A stretch of 64,000 nt of DNA, taken from IMG/VR virus record IMGVR_UViG_3300043077_000092; one strand, 5' to 3'. The notes under the pieces are model-generated. The model saw only the letters and a program-made list of their open reading frames with translations. It did not search any database and had not been told where the DNA came from. Both the position numbers and the translations under genes were made by a program. This document shows, one piece after another, positions 38,676 through 48,227 of this stretch. Source of the stretch: a virus. Its lineage: Duplodnaviria; Caudoviricetes. How positions within the stretch are numbered: position 1 is the stretch's first letter; every line of letters begins with the position of its first letter.

Positions 38676-39240
38676 CGATAGATCCTCCTTCATCATTTTG
38701 ATTATCTGCTTGTTCACTCATACGTTTATTAAACTCCCGCATGATATTTTCTGAAGCATCTTTCATAAATGAATTGCTGTCACCTGATGTAACAAATGGA
38801 ACCTGACCCGGTTTTGCCAATTGCTTATTGAGTAAAGCAACGCCTTCTGATTTCTTCTCGGCATTTTTCTTATCAATAGCTTTCTTAGCCTCTGTATCAT
38901 ACACGATAAATGCATTTACAACAGGTATTCCATAATGTTCAGCACTAATGGTTGCGCCGATGTTATCAATGATACCATGCCAATTTAATGAGACCTTAAG
39001 CATCTGGTCAATATAGACCGTTGCCGTTATGTCTCCATTAGCGATACGTCTGATATTGTAAGCCTCCCCCATTTTATTGTCAGAATCCACAACCAATTGT
39101 TCTTTTGGATTATGGAGATACTGATATATGATAGGAATCGATTTGTTTCTTTTACAAGCACGCAGAAGAGCAGTCAATACATCCTTATTCATAGTCTTTT
39201 GTTGTTTAGCCGATCTTATGACGACATTATCTACAATCAT
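38668..39240 (-). CDS. Hypothetical protein
   Basis: ATGA overlap with upstream gene. Confidence 0.6.
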   Translation of the reverse strand: MIVDNVVIRSAKQQKTMNKDVLTALLRACKRNKSIPIIYQYLHNPKEQLVVDSDNKMGEAYNIRRIANGDITATVYIDQMLKVSLNWHGIIDNIGATISAEHYGIPVVNAFIVYDTEAKKAIDKKNAEKKSEGVALLNKQLAKPGQVPFVTSGDSNSFMKDASENIMREFNKRMSEQADNQNDEGGSIDE

Positions 39241-39986
39241 TTCTTTTCTTCTCCCTTCTTGATGGTAGAGATTAAGAGATTGCTTGGAGTTATCAAGTCC
39301 GTTCCAAGACCAGCAGTCATATAGTAAGTATCAATGGTTTCAAGAGCAAGTCTATCTTCAATACCTGCCTGAGATTCAATATCCTCTAATGAACATGAAC
39401 CTGTCTTGGCAATTTGAGCATAAGCATAATTCTTACGCTGTAAACCATCTGCTCTAAAACCATTAAGTTCTCTCAATATGTTAGTTGCACCAATAACTGT
39501 GAGGGCTATATTCTCCTGATCAGACGAACGACCATTCTTATCGTGACCAACTACCTGACCAGTAGTAGCAGAACGCTCATCAATATGAGTTGACGTACTG
39601 TTCTTTTTGGTGTTGGTCTGCTCCATTCTCTTATCTATATAGTAACCAGTGATACATTTTTCCTTTGTCACCATTGGATTTTCCTGAGATTTTGATACGT
39701 GAGGTAATACAACATATTCTTCCAGTGGTATACCAAGAACCTTTGCCGCTTTCTCGATTTGCTCAATTTTAAGCTCACGTTCGAATTCTTTAATCTCCAA
39801 GGTGAAATCAATGTTTTCATCATCAAACATGCATTTCATAAAATTCTCAAACTTTGCATCTGACATGGTACCGAAAAGTTTTTTATATCTATTCGTATTA
39901 GTACCACTAGGGTCTAATGCATCCATTACAGAATATACCAATTGTTCCGCCTTTGCACGTTTTGACATGTCTATTTTGTAGTGCAT
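39237..39986 (-). CDS. Small RNA polymerase subunit matching the extreme beta C-terminus (probably virion RNAP)
   Basis: TGYYIDKRMEQTNTKKNS...RSATTGQVVG..KNGRSSDQENIAL..IGATNILREL..FRAD parallels RpoB GYMY..KL.H...KIHARS...TQQP..G...GQRFGEME..AL...GA...L.E.LT..SD. Confidence 0.75.
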   Translation of the reverse strand: MHYKIDMSKRAKAEQLVYSVMDALDPSGTNTNRYKKLFGTMSDAKFENFMKCMFDDENIDFTLEIKEFERELKIEQIEKAAKVLGIPLEEYVVLPHVSKSQENPMVTKEKCITGYYIDKRMEQTNTKKNSTSTHIDERSATTGQVVGHDKNGRSSDQENIALTVIGATNILRELNGFRADGLQRKNYAYAQIAKTGSCSLEDIESQAGIEDRLALETIDTYYMTAGLGTDLITPSNLLISTIKKGEEKK

Positions 39987-39987
39987 A

Positions 39988-40416
39988 CTATCCCTCCTTA
40001 CGCATTTCTAAGACATTATACCCTTGTGGGCTACGAGTATAAATATCAGGGTGGTAATAAAGGTAGTTGTGACAGATAAAATCCTTTTCTTTCTGACCAA
40101 TAGTTATACTGGTACAATTGATATTATCTCCTACTTTTTCCGTAATTACAACAACTGCCGTTCTATCATCAATTGGATCATAGAAAACATCAGTTGTATT
40201 GGGCGTACTGTAAAACCAATATACCATTTCTGGTGTCGGTTCACCCAAAAAAATCCGTTCTCGACCAAAAACCTGTCGGAAAGGGGCGTTTACCGCCCCA
40301 TTCTGTTTAACTACCATAACTCTCGCATTCCTCCCATCAATCTGTGAGGTTTCCCTGTGACATGGTAAGTAGCGTTGTGAACTGCTTACTAATATAGATT
40401 CCATGCTTGGTCTCAC
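39988..40416 (-). CDS. Hypothetical protein
   Basis: ORF in operon; start uncertain. Confidence 0.5.
   Translation of the reverse strand: MRPSMESILVSSSQRYLPCHRETSQIDGRNARVMVVKQNGAVNAPFRQVFGRERIFLGEPTPEMVYWFYSTPNTTDVFYDPIDDRTAVVVITEKVGDNINCTSITIGQKEKDFICHNYLYYHPDIYTRSPQGYNVLEMRKEG
40016..40028 (-). promoter_or_regulatory. Internal late promoter CACA-N6-TAA directly upstream of the putative virion RNAP subunit gene
   Basis: CACAAGGGTATAA, ~30 nt before ATG 39986. Confidence 0.6.
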
Positions 40417-40750
40417 GTATTGCCAGTTGGTTTAGCGTGGAGCCTTTTTCTACTTTCCCGTGAAGGACAATTGCATATTTACGTTTTCCTCCATTTGCAA
40501 CTGCATTTGAAATACAGTTCTTATCTTCTTTGGTGAGCTCTGTCAACTCACAATCAAAGATGAAAATGGATGCGTTCTTGTAATCATAAAATATATCAAG
40601 AACATCTGCATCCGGAAAGACCAACTCTAAGTCTTTCATGATTTTCCTGTGCTCTGCACTGGTGGTGTTTTGAAATACCATAACTAACCCGAGCTTATCG
40701 CTCGTAATGGTGATTCCGTTACCATCATTTCTGATAATCTTTAGCTTCAT
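40337..40750 (-). CDS. Hypothetical protein
   Basis: AAGGAG RBS; TATATTA at 40781-40787. Confidence 0.6.
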   Translation of the reverse strand: MKLKIIRNDGNGITITSDKLGLVMVFQNTTSAEHRKIMKDLELVFPDADVLDIFYDYKNASIFIFDCELTELTKEDKNCISNAVANGGKRKYAIVLHGKVEKGSTLNQLAIRETKHGIYISKQFTTLLTMSQGNLTD

Positions 40751-40855
40751 ATTAATAGCTCCTTTCTGTATGTAATGGCTTAATATATTCGCTAATTTTA
40801 CATTAACAAATACGATGGTATAGACGGAATATTTCTATCCGTCTATACCAAATAT

Positions 40856-42055
40856 CTAAGCAAGTTTCTCAATTGTAAATACAAAAAACATGAATATTGC
40901 TTTTCGATAGTTACCGAGTGATCCAACAGTACTGACCTTTCTTCTCAAGTCTAATTCTTCTACCCACTTATCAAGAATACTCTTAATCTCAACGATGTTT
41001 TGATTCGTTGTATTCGACTGTCTATAGACTTTAATGCAATACACGTAAAACTTGTTCGTATGAACATCGTTTACTGATACTCCTTTGTCAGTATTACCTG
41101 TCAGATATAGTGATAGTAGACATTCAATCATACGTCGAATGTCATCTCTATTATCTTCTGATATGAGAGTTAATACACTCGTCTGTAGGGTATTTACAGA
41201 TACACTACAGTTCTTGGCAGATAGTTCAACAAGTTGTCTATCCGGACCGTTTACAACAAGGTTCGTCAATACTTTATTTGTAATACGATCTATTGCAAAG
41301 CTATCATTATCAGCCTCGTAAAAATGTTCATCACTGTAGTCATCATGTTCGGACTGTAAATAATTTCCGCTCTTGACATTCTCTCCAAATTCGTTACGTA
41401 ACTTTCTCATAAAGCTGTTGATTCTGGAAGTAGCATCGTTAATGAATTTTAAGATGTCAGTATCCGTACATCTTTCAATTCTTGGTTTATGAGTCTCATA
41501 ACAAGTAGTCATAATATCCATAAGAGCCGCAAGAATAGTCCCAGATTTCTTTAACTTAAACCTTTGGGATAGATTTGCAATTGTATAAGCCATTACAGCT
41601 TCGTTTGGAGTATACTTCCAATACTTCCAGAACATGTACTGATAGATGTTTGTAACCATATACAAAAGACCATTTCGAACCTGTAAATCATCTTTTGCTC
41701 TTTGGAAATACCGAATAGAAAGAACAATTCCAATATTGTAAGGACTATTAAAGTTCTTCCAAGCGGAATTGTTTCCTTTAACTTCTTTAAGACATTCCTT
41801 TACAGTATTATCATCCAATCCGACAGTTTCCATGAACTTGGAAACATCTGACTGAGAAAGTGCTGGTCTTTTTGAAGGTCCAATACTTGAATACTCATCA
41901 ACATGAGCCGCCATATATCTATCAATGTTCTCTTTATATTTCTTTTGATTCTGCTTATCATCCAATGACTTTGAGACTATCGGATACAATTTATCTCTAA
42001 CAACGGTTGATTCACCTTTATTACTAGATGATTTTGTGTTAGCCAATTCAATCAT
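40856..42055 (-). CDS. Hypothetical helical protein (late-type promoter, possibly virion-associated)
   Basis: 399 aa; CACA-N6-TAA at 42065-42077. Confidence 0.65.
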   Translation of the reverse strand: MIELANTKSSSNKGESTVVRDKLYPIVSKSLDDKQNQKKYKENIDRYMAAHVDEYSSIGPSKRPALSQSDVSKFMETVGLDDNTVKECLKEVKGNNSAWKNFNSPYNIGIVLSIRYFQRAKDDLQVRNGLLYMVTNIYQYMFWKYWKYTPNEAVMAYTIANLSQRFKLKKSGTILAALMDIMTTCYETHKPRIERCTDTDILKFINDATSRINSFMRKLRNEFGENVKSGNYLQSEHDDYSDEHFYEADNDSFAIDRITNKVLTNLVVNGPDRQLVELSAKNCSVSVNTLQTSVLTLISEDNRDDIRRMIECLLSLYLTGNTDKGVSVNDVHTNKFYVYCIKVYRQSNTTNQNIVEIKSILDKWVEELDLRRKVSTVGSLGNYRKAIFMFFVFTIEKLA

Positions 42056-42087
42056 CTCCTCTCTTTATTCTTCTGTGGAAATAGACA

Positions 42088-42129
42088 AAAAAGAGTAAAG
42101 GGAGATTATCTCATCCCCTTTACTCTTTC
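42088..42129. terminator. Intrinsic terminator
   Basis: AAAGAGTAAAGGG / CCCTTTACTCTTT. Confidence 0.75.
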
Positions 42130-42135
42130 TAATTG

Positions 42136-42411
42136 TTATTGTATTGGGAGCGGTGGAATATGTGGTGGTGCCCACGGAATATTCCATGCTCCTGCTACAT
42201 ATGGCGGAAGATATTTGTCAAGCGGATAAGCACCAGCATACCCAACCATATCCGTTGGCATATACGCTCTGTTCTCTTCATAGAATGGTGATACCCACAT
42301 TGGACTACTTATAAAGTTTTCTTCACCATAGAGTCCGATATTATCATACCCACGGCAATTACTAGCCCAAATCCAACTGTCAGAGTTGGCAATATCAAAT
42401 TTATCGTTCAT
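42136..42411 (-). CDS. Small Pro/aromatic-rich hypothetical protein
   Basis: Overlaps the topoisomerase A stop; GAGGTG RBS. Confidence 0.55.
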   Translation of the reverse strand: MNDKFDIANSDSWIWASNCRGYDNIGLYGEENFISSPMWVSPFYEENRAYMPTDMVGYAGAYPLDKYLPPYVAGAWNIPWAPPHIPPLPIQ

Positions 42412-44863
42412 TCATCTCACCTCTAACTCTAATTCTGATGATAGAATCACCTCTGCGAACTGGTGCAACTTTTGCACATTTTGCATGTCTGGTAAGAACT
42501 TTGATACTTGATACAGGAACTTCCGTCTTATCTCCAGATTGCATCTGGAATACTAAGGTAGAATCAAACAACCCCTTACTCATAGGGATTACTTTAAACA
42601 GTTCATCACCTTCCTGAAGTCTTGTAAGTTCAAGCATTGTTTGTCGTTTCTTTGTAGCTTTAAATGCCTCATCTAATTCTACTACTTTGGCGAATCCTTT
42701 CTTGGTAATAATGCAAACTTCATTAACACCTCTGCTCGCACAAACTCCCTGAACCTCATCACCATTTTCAAACTTGATAATACGCTGTCCTTTTGTCATC
42801 CTTCCAGTTGATGGAGACATTGATAATCTGAGTATAATACCAAGCCCCATCTTTGTATATACCAATCGTTCATTATCACTATCACTAAGAAGACCCATAA
42901 AGCATACGGCGTCTCCAGTGTTTAATGAGATTGCCCCAATTCTAGTTCTTGTAAGAACGAAATCAGAGAATGGAGTTGCTTTAATCAATCCTCTCTTTGT
43001 AAAGCAATAGAGACGATATTTCTCTGGATTATCCTTAATAGAAGAAATCGAAGTCTTAATTGCAGTAATCGCATTTCCTGTCATGCCAAGTAACTCTTCC
43101 AACGCCATACCTTTGGCGGATGGATCAGTTGCAGGTATCCTGTCAATAGGAAGATAACACCACTCACCACTATCACTACCAATATGAATGTAATCAACTG
43201 ATGTAATGTCATTGAAGTAGGCAACCACATCATCATTTGGTTCTAAGAAGCCAACCCCAATTCCATTAGGGGATAATCTCTTCACATACTTCTTTGTGAT
43301 AGCAACTCTGTAATGGAATATTGGTGTCTCTGTATCTTCGGGTTTGATAATCTGACACTGTCTTGGTTTACCAAACAGTTTCTTTCCCTCTTCCAATTCG
43401 TTCCAGATAATCTGCTTAATCTTGGTTCTTGAGGATAGTATCTCCTCTTTCTCTTTGATGCGGTCATCAATCTCTGCGTAGTTCTTCTTATACTCAGCGA
43501 TACTACCACGTTTCTGGTTCTTTAACTTCATATTAGAAATCAAGTCTGCCTGATAAGATGAGAAACCAAACTCTGTCATCAATCGATGAATGATTTCATC
43601 ATCTGTATTGGATGTCTTTACAACCTCAAATACCTTATCAATAAGTTCCTGACTACCTAACCGAACCAATGCCTCTAAACGATGTTTCTCTTCCTTAATC
43701 TTCAAGAGTTCCTTTGCAATGGTTCTATGCTTAATGTCAATTCTCCAGTCAATCCATGTAAGAATTGCATCCTTTAATGGAACTGAACCAGTATCCGACA
43801 TCATCCTTGTACGGTCTGCATAATTAAGCAAAATCTGAGCATAAGACTTCAGACCAAGCTTTGTATCATTATACAGTTCGTTTATTACATAATCTGGGTC
43901 TACCCCCTTCTTTAAGAGTATCCAGAATTCATTAGTCTCAAGATTAGACTTATCTGAGATATCCTTAATGCCAAGAGGATTGGAATGCTCACGCTGACCT
44001 ATTGCTTTGATAATAGAGTCCATTGTAGTCTTCTCAGGAAACCCATTGCATAAGATATAGTTTCCTTCCTCATGATAGATGAGCTTAGCCCTAATACGAA
44101 CTGTGCCAGAACCAGTTGCACATACATCTTTGATTACTCCATCATCAATGATGTCATATCCTCTCGGACTATCCGGAAAGAGATAAACCCTTTCCATTTC
44201 AGGATGCTCTAACAGAGCCTGTGTTAAACTAAACGCTTCAACCAGATTGAATGGAACTTTAACAAATGAGTTACCCCATGCAATACCAATCGTAAGGTTT
44301 AATAAGAAGTTTGGATACCTTGCAGGTAATACTACAGGTTCGACATCACTTCTCAAGTAGTTCTGTTGCATTTCAATAACTGAACTATCAAATTCCTCAA
44401 AGAAGCATTTCCAAGCATACTGGCTTAATCTTGCATCCAGATAACGAGGAGATGCTGCGTCATCACCTGCAACGGAACCTTCGTTTCCATCCATCTCTAT
44501 ATAGAGTGCATTGTTCTCCCAAGTCTTTGTAATGTTCTCAAATGCCGTTGCAATTGATTGGTCACCGTGAGGGTGATACTTGGTTGTTGCAGGGAGAAAC
44601 TCCAATGCTTTCTGATATCTCTTATCCGGATAAAGTTTCTTATCATGATACATGAACCAAAGCATCTTTCTAACAACAGGGATTAGTCCATCATATAACA
44701 TTGGACAACCTCTTGATACGGATACGTTTGTTCCATATATAATAATTGATTCCTTTGTATGGTCACCAGCATCGATTTCTTCGATATTCTGGTCATACAT
44801 CTCTTGTGTTTCTATAATATCCTGTTTCTTCGGTTTCTTAGAAACCGTTTTCTTCTTTGCCAT
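42401..44863 (-). CDS. gyrA: Type IIA topoisomerase subunit A (GyrA/ParC family)
   Basis: DGLIPVVRK, YHPHGD, GNEGS, AASPRY catalytic Tyr, EPVVLP, GIAWG, beta-pinwheel repeats (TKRGLIK, TKMGLG, TKKGFAK); start MAKKKT (44863). Confidence 0.93.
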   Translation of the reverse strand: MAKKKTVSKKPKKQDIIETQEMYDQNIEEIDAGDHTKESIIIYGTNVSVSRGCPMLYDGLIPVVRKMLWFMYHDKKLYPDKRYQKALEFLPATTKYHPHGDQSIATAFENITKTWENNALYIEMDGNEGSVAGDDAASPRYLDARLSQYAWKCFFEEFDSSVIEMQQNYLRSDVEPVVLPARYPNFLLNLTIGIAWGNSFVKVPFNLVEAFSLTQALLEHPEMERVYLFPDSPRGYDIIDDGVIKDVCATGSGTVRIRAKLIYHEEGNYILCNGFPEKTTMDSIIKAIGQREHSNPLGIKDISDKSNLETNEFWILLKKGVDPDYVINELYNDTKLGLKSYAQILLNYADRTRMMSDTGSVPLKDAILTWIDWRIDIKHRTIAKELLKIKEEKHRLEALVRLGSQELIDKVFEVVKTSNTDDEIIHRLMTEFGFSSYQADLISNMKLKNQKRGSIAEYKKNYAEIDDRIKEKEEILSSRTKIKQIIWNELEEGKKLFGKPRQCQIIKPEDTETPIFHYRVAITKKYVKRLSPNGIGVGFLEPNDDVVAYFNDITSVDYIHIGSDSGEWCYLPIDRIPATDPSAKGMALEELLGMTGNAITAIKTSISSIKDNPEKYRLYCFTKRGLIKATPFSDFVLTRTRIGAISLNTGDAVCFMGLLSDSDNERLVYTKMGLGIILRLSMSPSTGRMTKGQRIIKFENGDEVQGVCASRGVNEVCIITKKGFAKVVELDEAFKATKKRQTMLELTRLQEGDELFKVIPMSKGLFDSTLVFQMQSGDKTEVPVSSIKVLTRHAKCAKVAPVRRGDSIIRIRVRGEMNER

Positions 44864-44876
44864 TTCTACACCTCCC

Positions 44877-47396
44877 TTAATTGTCAATTTCGTCAAGCGA
44901 TAAGTTTGATGTCTGCACTAATTGCTTACGGATACGACGTCCCTTTGGATTCATTACGAATAAATCATCCATTGTAGCCTCGAATCTCTGTATGTCAGCT
45001 ACAGTATAACGTACCAACCTACGATAGTTTGGATTCATGGCAAATTTCCACATTTCGTACTTGGACATTTCACCAAGTCCTTTGTAGCGGTTTACAATGT
45101 ATGGAGAATACTTCTGACAAAGCTCCATAATCTGTCCGATGGTGAGTCTTCCTACATAATTAAACTCAGAGTTCTCACCCCTTCTGTCATAAAACTCGTA
45201 CTGATAGATTCCATCATTACTCTTTTGAATAACCTGTCTTAAGAAGTCAATCTTCTCCATAAGAGATTTGTTCAAGTTTACTGCTACAAACTCCCCCTTG
45301 AAACATCCAAAGATTTGACCATCTGCATAAGATAACTCAGGGTCTAAATCCTTAATATGTTTATCAAAGTCAGGTGTCGCTGCAATAAACTCAATGACTT
45401 CCTTTGGAACTGTTTCAAATGTAGATATCTGGTCAAGTACCTGATAATAATCTCTGTTTGCAACCAAGAATCTTCTCATATTATCAGTAGAGATATAATC
45501 ATCATTGGTTGTAAATTTAAGTCTTGCATACTTACCTACATTGCGTTCAAATCTATCAAACAGTTCCGATTTTGAGTAGACATAATCATCTACATTGATA
45601 TCTGTCTTACTCATCTTATTTGCTGCGGCTTGTGACTCTGCAATCTTATAGAGTGGAGTAAGAACTCTGTAGCAATGTCCACCCAATACAAGTTGCGGTG
45701 CAATAGCATAAGTCGATGACAACGTAAGACCTGCCATATGCTCACCATCAATATCAGCATCAAACGAGAATATGATTTTATCATAAATCAGGTTATCCTC
45801 ATTGAAGTGATTCCCATATCCACATCCAAGTACTTTATCCATCAATACTCCATAGACATTTCCCGATGGGAGATTTGTCGAATGAGTTAAACGAAATGTA
45901 CTATAAAAGTTGTCTGGTTTACCTGTGAAGTTTAAGATACCCTGATAATCAGGATTGAATCTTGCCTTTCTTGCTTGACCACCAGCGGAATCTCCTTCTA
46001 CCAGATAGATTTCCAGTTTCACATTAAGGTCTTCCTTTGGAGTTCCGATTAAGTTTGCCGCTACATAGTTTCCTATAAGTTTAGAATCCATAAGAGATGG
46101 AAGAGATGTCTTTACTTTCTTTCTCTCGTTAGCCGCATTATTACGGATTCTTGCATTGAGCTTTACGAAATCCCCAATCTTCTTTAACTCTTTCTTTCCA
46201 TCAGCCGTTTCAAAGTAAGCTTCAATTGCTTCCTTATATAATTTCTTTAATGGCTCAATGAATTTTCTATTGCCAAGTTTATGCTTGGTTTGTGATTCAA
46301 ATCCTGTACTCATTGTCGTATTAAGATTTACTACGGCAACTAATCCCGTGAGTGCATCCTCAGGAATGACAGGAGTTTCATTCTTCTTTAATGTAGCAGA
46401 TATCCTTTCATGAATAGAGGTTGATAATACTGTCTTTAGTGCATTGACATGAACACCACCATCCATCTGTTCAATCATGTTTGTAAACCCATATACCAAT
46501 GGTTCTACAATCTTTGGTGAATAGTTAAATGCAAATTCAACTGCGATTTCACGCTCTCTTTCCGTCATTTCAATGGTTACGGTTCCATCTTCATTATCCG
46601 TCTTAACCGGAATATTTGTCTCCATAATACTCATGGAGTTGTTCAGTACAACTGGTGTCTTCATAAGATATCCAATATCAGTACCAACGATAGCAGGTAT
46701 AAACCCACCAACATTACCATCTGTATTCTGATAAGTCTCATTGAATATCTCTTTTCCATCTACATCAGTTGCAGTAAATGTAATGCAAATATTTGGTTCA
46801 AGAGTAAATACAGTTCTCTTTAACCATTCTGAAAAGCTATGCAATGGTACCGCAGCATCCTCTCCTAAGAATGCCTTTGAAGGTTTAAACCCAACATTCA
46901 AACCGTGAAGTTTGGGGTCTGAATCAATAATCCTGTCTTCAATCTTTCTACCATTGACAAACTTTAAAAATCGTGATTTACCCTCTCTTGTAGAGGTGAT
47001 TTCAAATTGTTCAGATAAAGCATTCGTTGCTGTAAGACCAACACCGTATTCTCCACCAGATGCTCCACCTGTTGCTCTATCCATTTTTGTACCAGCCTGT
47101 AATACGGTACACGCATCTTCTAAGTCATCAAAGTTGATACCACGACCAGTATCTTTAAAGTAAATCATTCCTGTCTCACCGTCTAAGAATATTTTCATAA
47201 TACCGTCGGACAGAGTATTCTTGTTCCTGTGCTCGTCAACCATGTTGTTAAACATCTCATGGCATAACTGTTCTGTTCCAGCTTCACCACGAAATGAAAT
47301 ATAGAGGGTGGGTGACTTTTGTAACTTGTCAATATCGTTCTTCAACTTTGTAAATTCATCATCTACAATAGTTGGTTTCGAACTTCTTGTACTCAT
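44877..47396 (-). CDS. gyrB: Type IIA topoisomerase subunit B (GyrB/ParE family)
   Basis: EMFNNMVDE, DTGRGI, GGEYGVG, FESQTK, EGDSAGG, DADIDG, RYKGLGEM. Confidence 0.95.
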   Translation of the reverse strand: MSTRSSKPTIVDDEFTKLKNDIDKLQKSPTLYISFRGEAGTEQLCHEMFNNMVDEHRNKNTLSDGIMKIFLDGETGMIYFKDTGRGINFDDLEDACTVLQAGTKMDRATGGASGGEYGVGLTATNALSEQFEITSTREGKSRFLKFVNGRKIEDRIIDSDPKLHGLNVGFKPSKAFLGEDAAVPLHSFSEWLKRTVFTLEPNICITFTATDVDGKEIFNETYQNTDGNVGGFIPAIVGTDIGYLMKTPVVLNNSMSIMETNIPVKTDNEDGTVTIEMTEREREIAVEFAFNYSPKIVEPLVYGFTNMIEQMDGGVHVNALKTVLSTSIHERISATLKKNETPVIPEDALTGLVAVVNLNTTMSTGFESQTKHKLGNRKFIEPLKKLYKEAIEAYFETADGKKELKKIGDFVKLNARIRNNAANERKKVKTSLPSLMDSKLIGNYVAANLIGTPKEDLNVKLEIYLVEGDSAGGQARKARFNPDYQGILNFTGKPDNFYSTFRLTHSTNLPSGNVYGVLMDKVLGCGYGNHFNEDNLIYDKIIFSFDADIDGEHMAGLTLSSTYAIAPQLVLGGHCYRVLTPLYKIAESQAAANKMSKTDINVDDYVYSKSELFDRFERNVGKYARLKFTTNDDYISTDNMRRFLVANRDYYQVLDQISTFETVPKEVIEFIAATPDFDKHIKDLDPELSYADGQIFGCFKGEFVAVNLNKSLMEKIDFLRQVIQKSNDGIYQYEFYDRRGENSEFNYVGRLTIGQIMELCQKYSPYIVNRYKGLGEMSKYEMWKFAMNPNYRRLVRYTVADIQRFEATMDDLFVMNPKGRRIRKQLVQTSNLSLDEIDN

Positions 47397-47522
47397 TATA
47401 TTTGCCTCCTTATCCTTATAGGTTAATAAATTTCTGACAAAAAATAAATCTTGTAAAGAATGGATGGTGACGTAAAATCACCATCCATATACTCTCCACA
47501 ATTGGATGTTCCGGCTGACGGA

Positions 47523-48014
47523 TTAATAGTTCCTTGCGCCGCCGAACATTCCGCTGTCGACACCAATGTGTCCTTTGTTGTTGGAACGGTTTCTCTTGTT
47601 GCCCTTGTTTGAACCGAGCTTCTCGACCATATTGTCGTAATATGTCGTAACGATTGCTAACGTGTCAAGAGCCTCGAAACCTTTCTGGATCATCTGCTTG
47701 TCCTCATCACTGAGGTTCGCAACCATCTTGATCTGGTGCAACATTGAAGTGAACATGTAGAGTCCAGACGACGTCTCATCACGCTTGTAAGAATCAGCTT
47801 CGAAGACTGCGCCGCAACCTGTGCAGTATGCAGTTGACTCAGGAAGCTTATCCTTGTCCGGAAGGTAACCTTTCCAATCCTGAACCGGAATAACTCTTCT
47901 GTTACCCTGAGGTTTGTGGTTGCAATCTCTTCTGTGCTGCTCCTGTAAATGCTGGACAGTTTTCATGCCCTGAGATATTTGTGCTGAATAATCAGCTCCG
48001 TTGTTGTTTGCCAT
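47523..48014 (-). CDS. Hypothetical protein with CNH...CTGC putative metal site and N/G/K-rich tail
   Basis: AAGGAGG RBS; long structured leader; TATATTA at 48182-48188. Confidence 0.65.
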   Translation of the reverse strand: MANNNGADYSAQISQGMKTVQHLQEQHRRDCNHKPQGNRRVIPVQDWKGYLPDKDKLPESTAYCTGCGAVFEADSYKRDETSSGLYMFTSMLHQIKMVANLSDEDKQMIQKGFEALDTLAIVTTYYDNMVEKLGSNKGNKRNRSNNKGHIGVDSGMFGGARNY

Positions 48015-48040
48015 TTTTTGTTCCTCCTTTTAAGATTTTT

Positions 48041-48178
48041 ATCGGATTCTATGTCATTCCGGAATGACACAACCGGAGATAGAATAGGTCATGGCATGAA
48101 CCTAATCAACCGGTTTACACTTCTGTATAGCCAGTAATGTAAATCTATCTGGTTCAACCTATTCTCTTCCAGTCCGAC
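48041..48178 (-). ncRNA. Structured 5' leader/ncRNA candidate (three-way junction)
   Basis: GTCGGA/TCCGAT closing stem; long AGAATAGGTT/GACCTATTCT arm with inner stems; TGTCATTCCGGAATGACA hairpin. Confidence 0.5.
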
Positions 48179-48227
48179 GTTTAATATATAAATAAAATAG
48201 TCGTTGGACTATTCTAGTTACCGGAAA

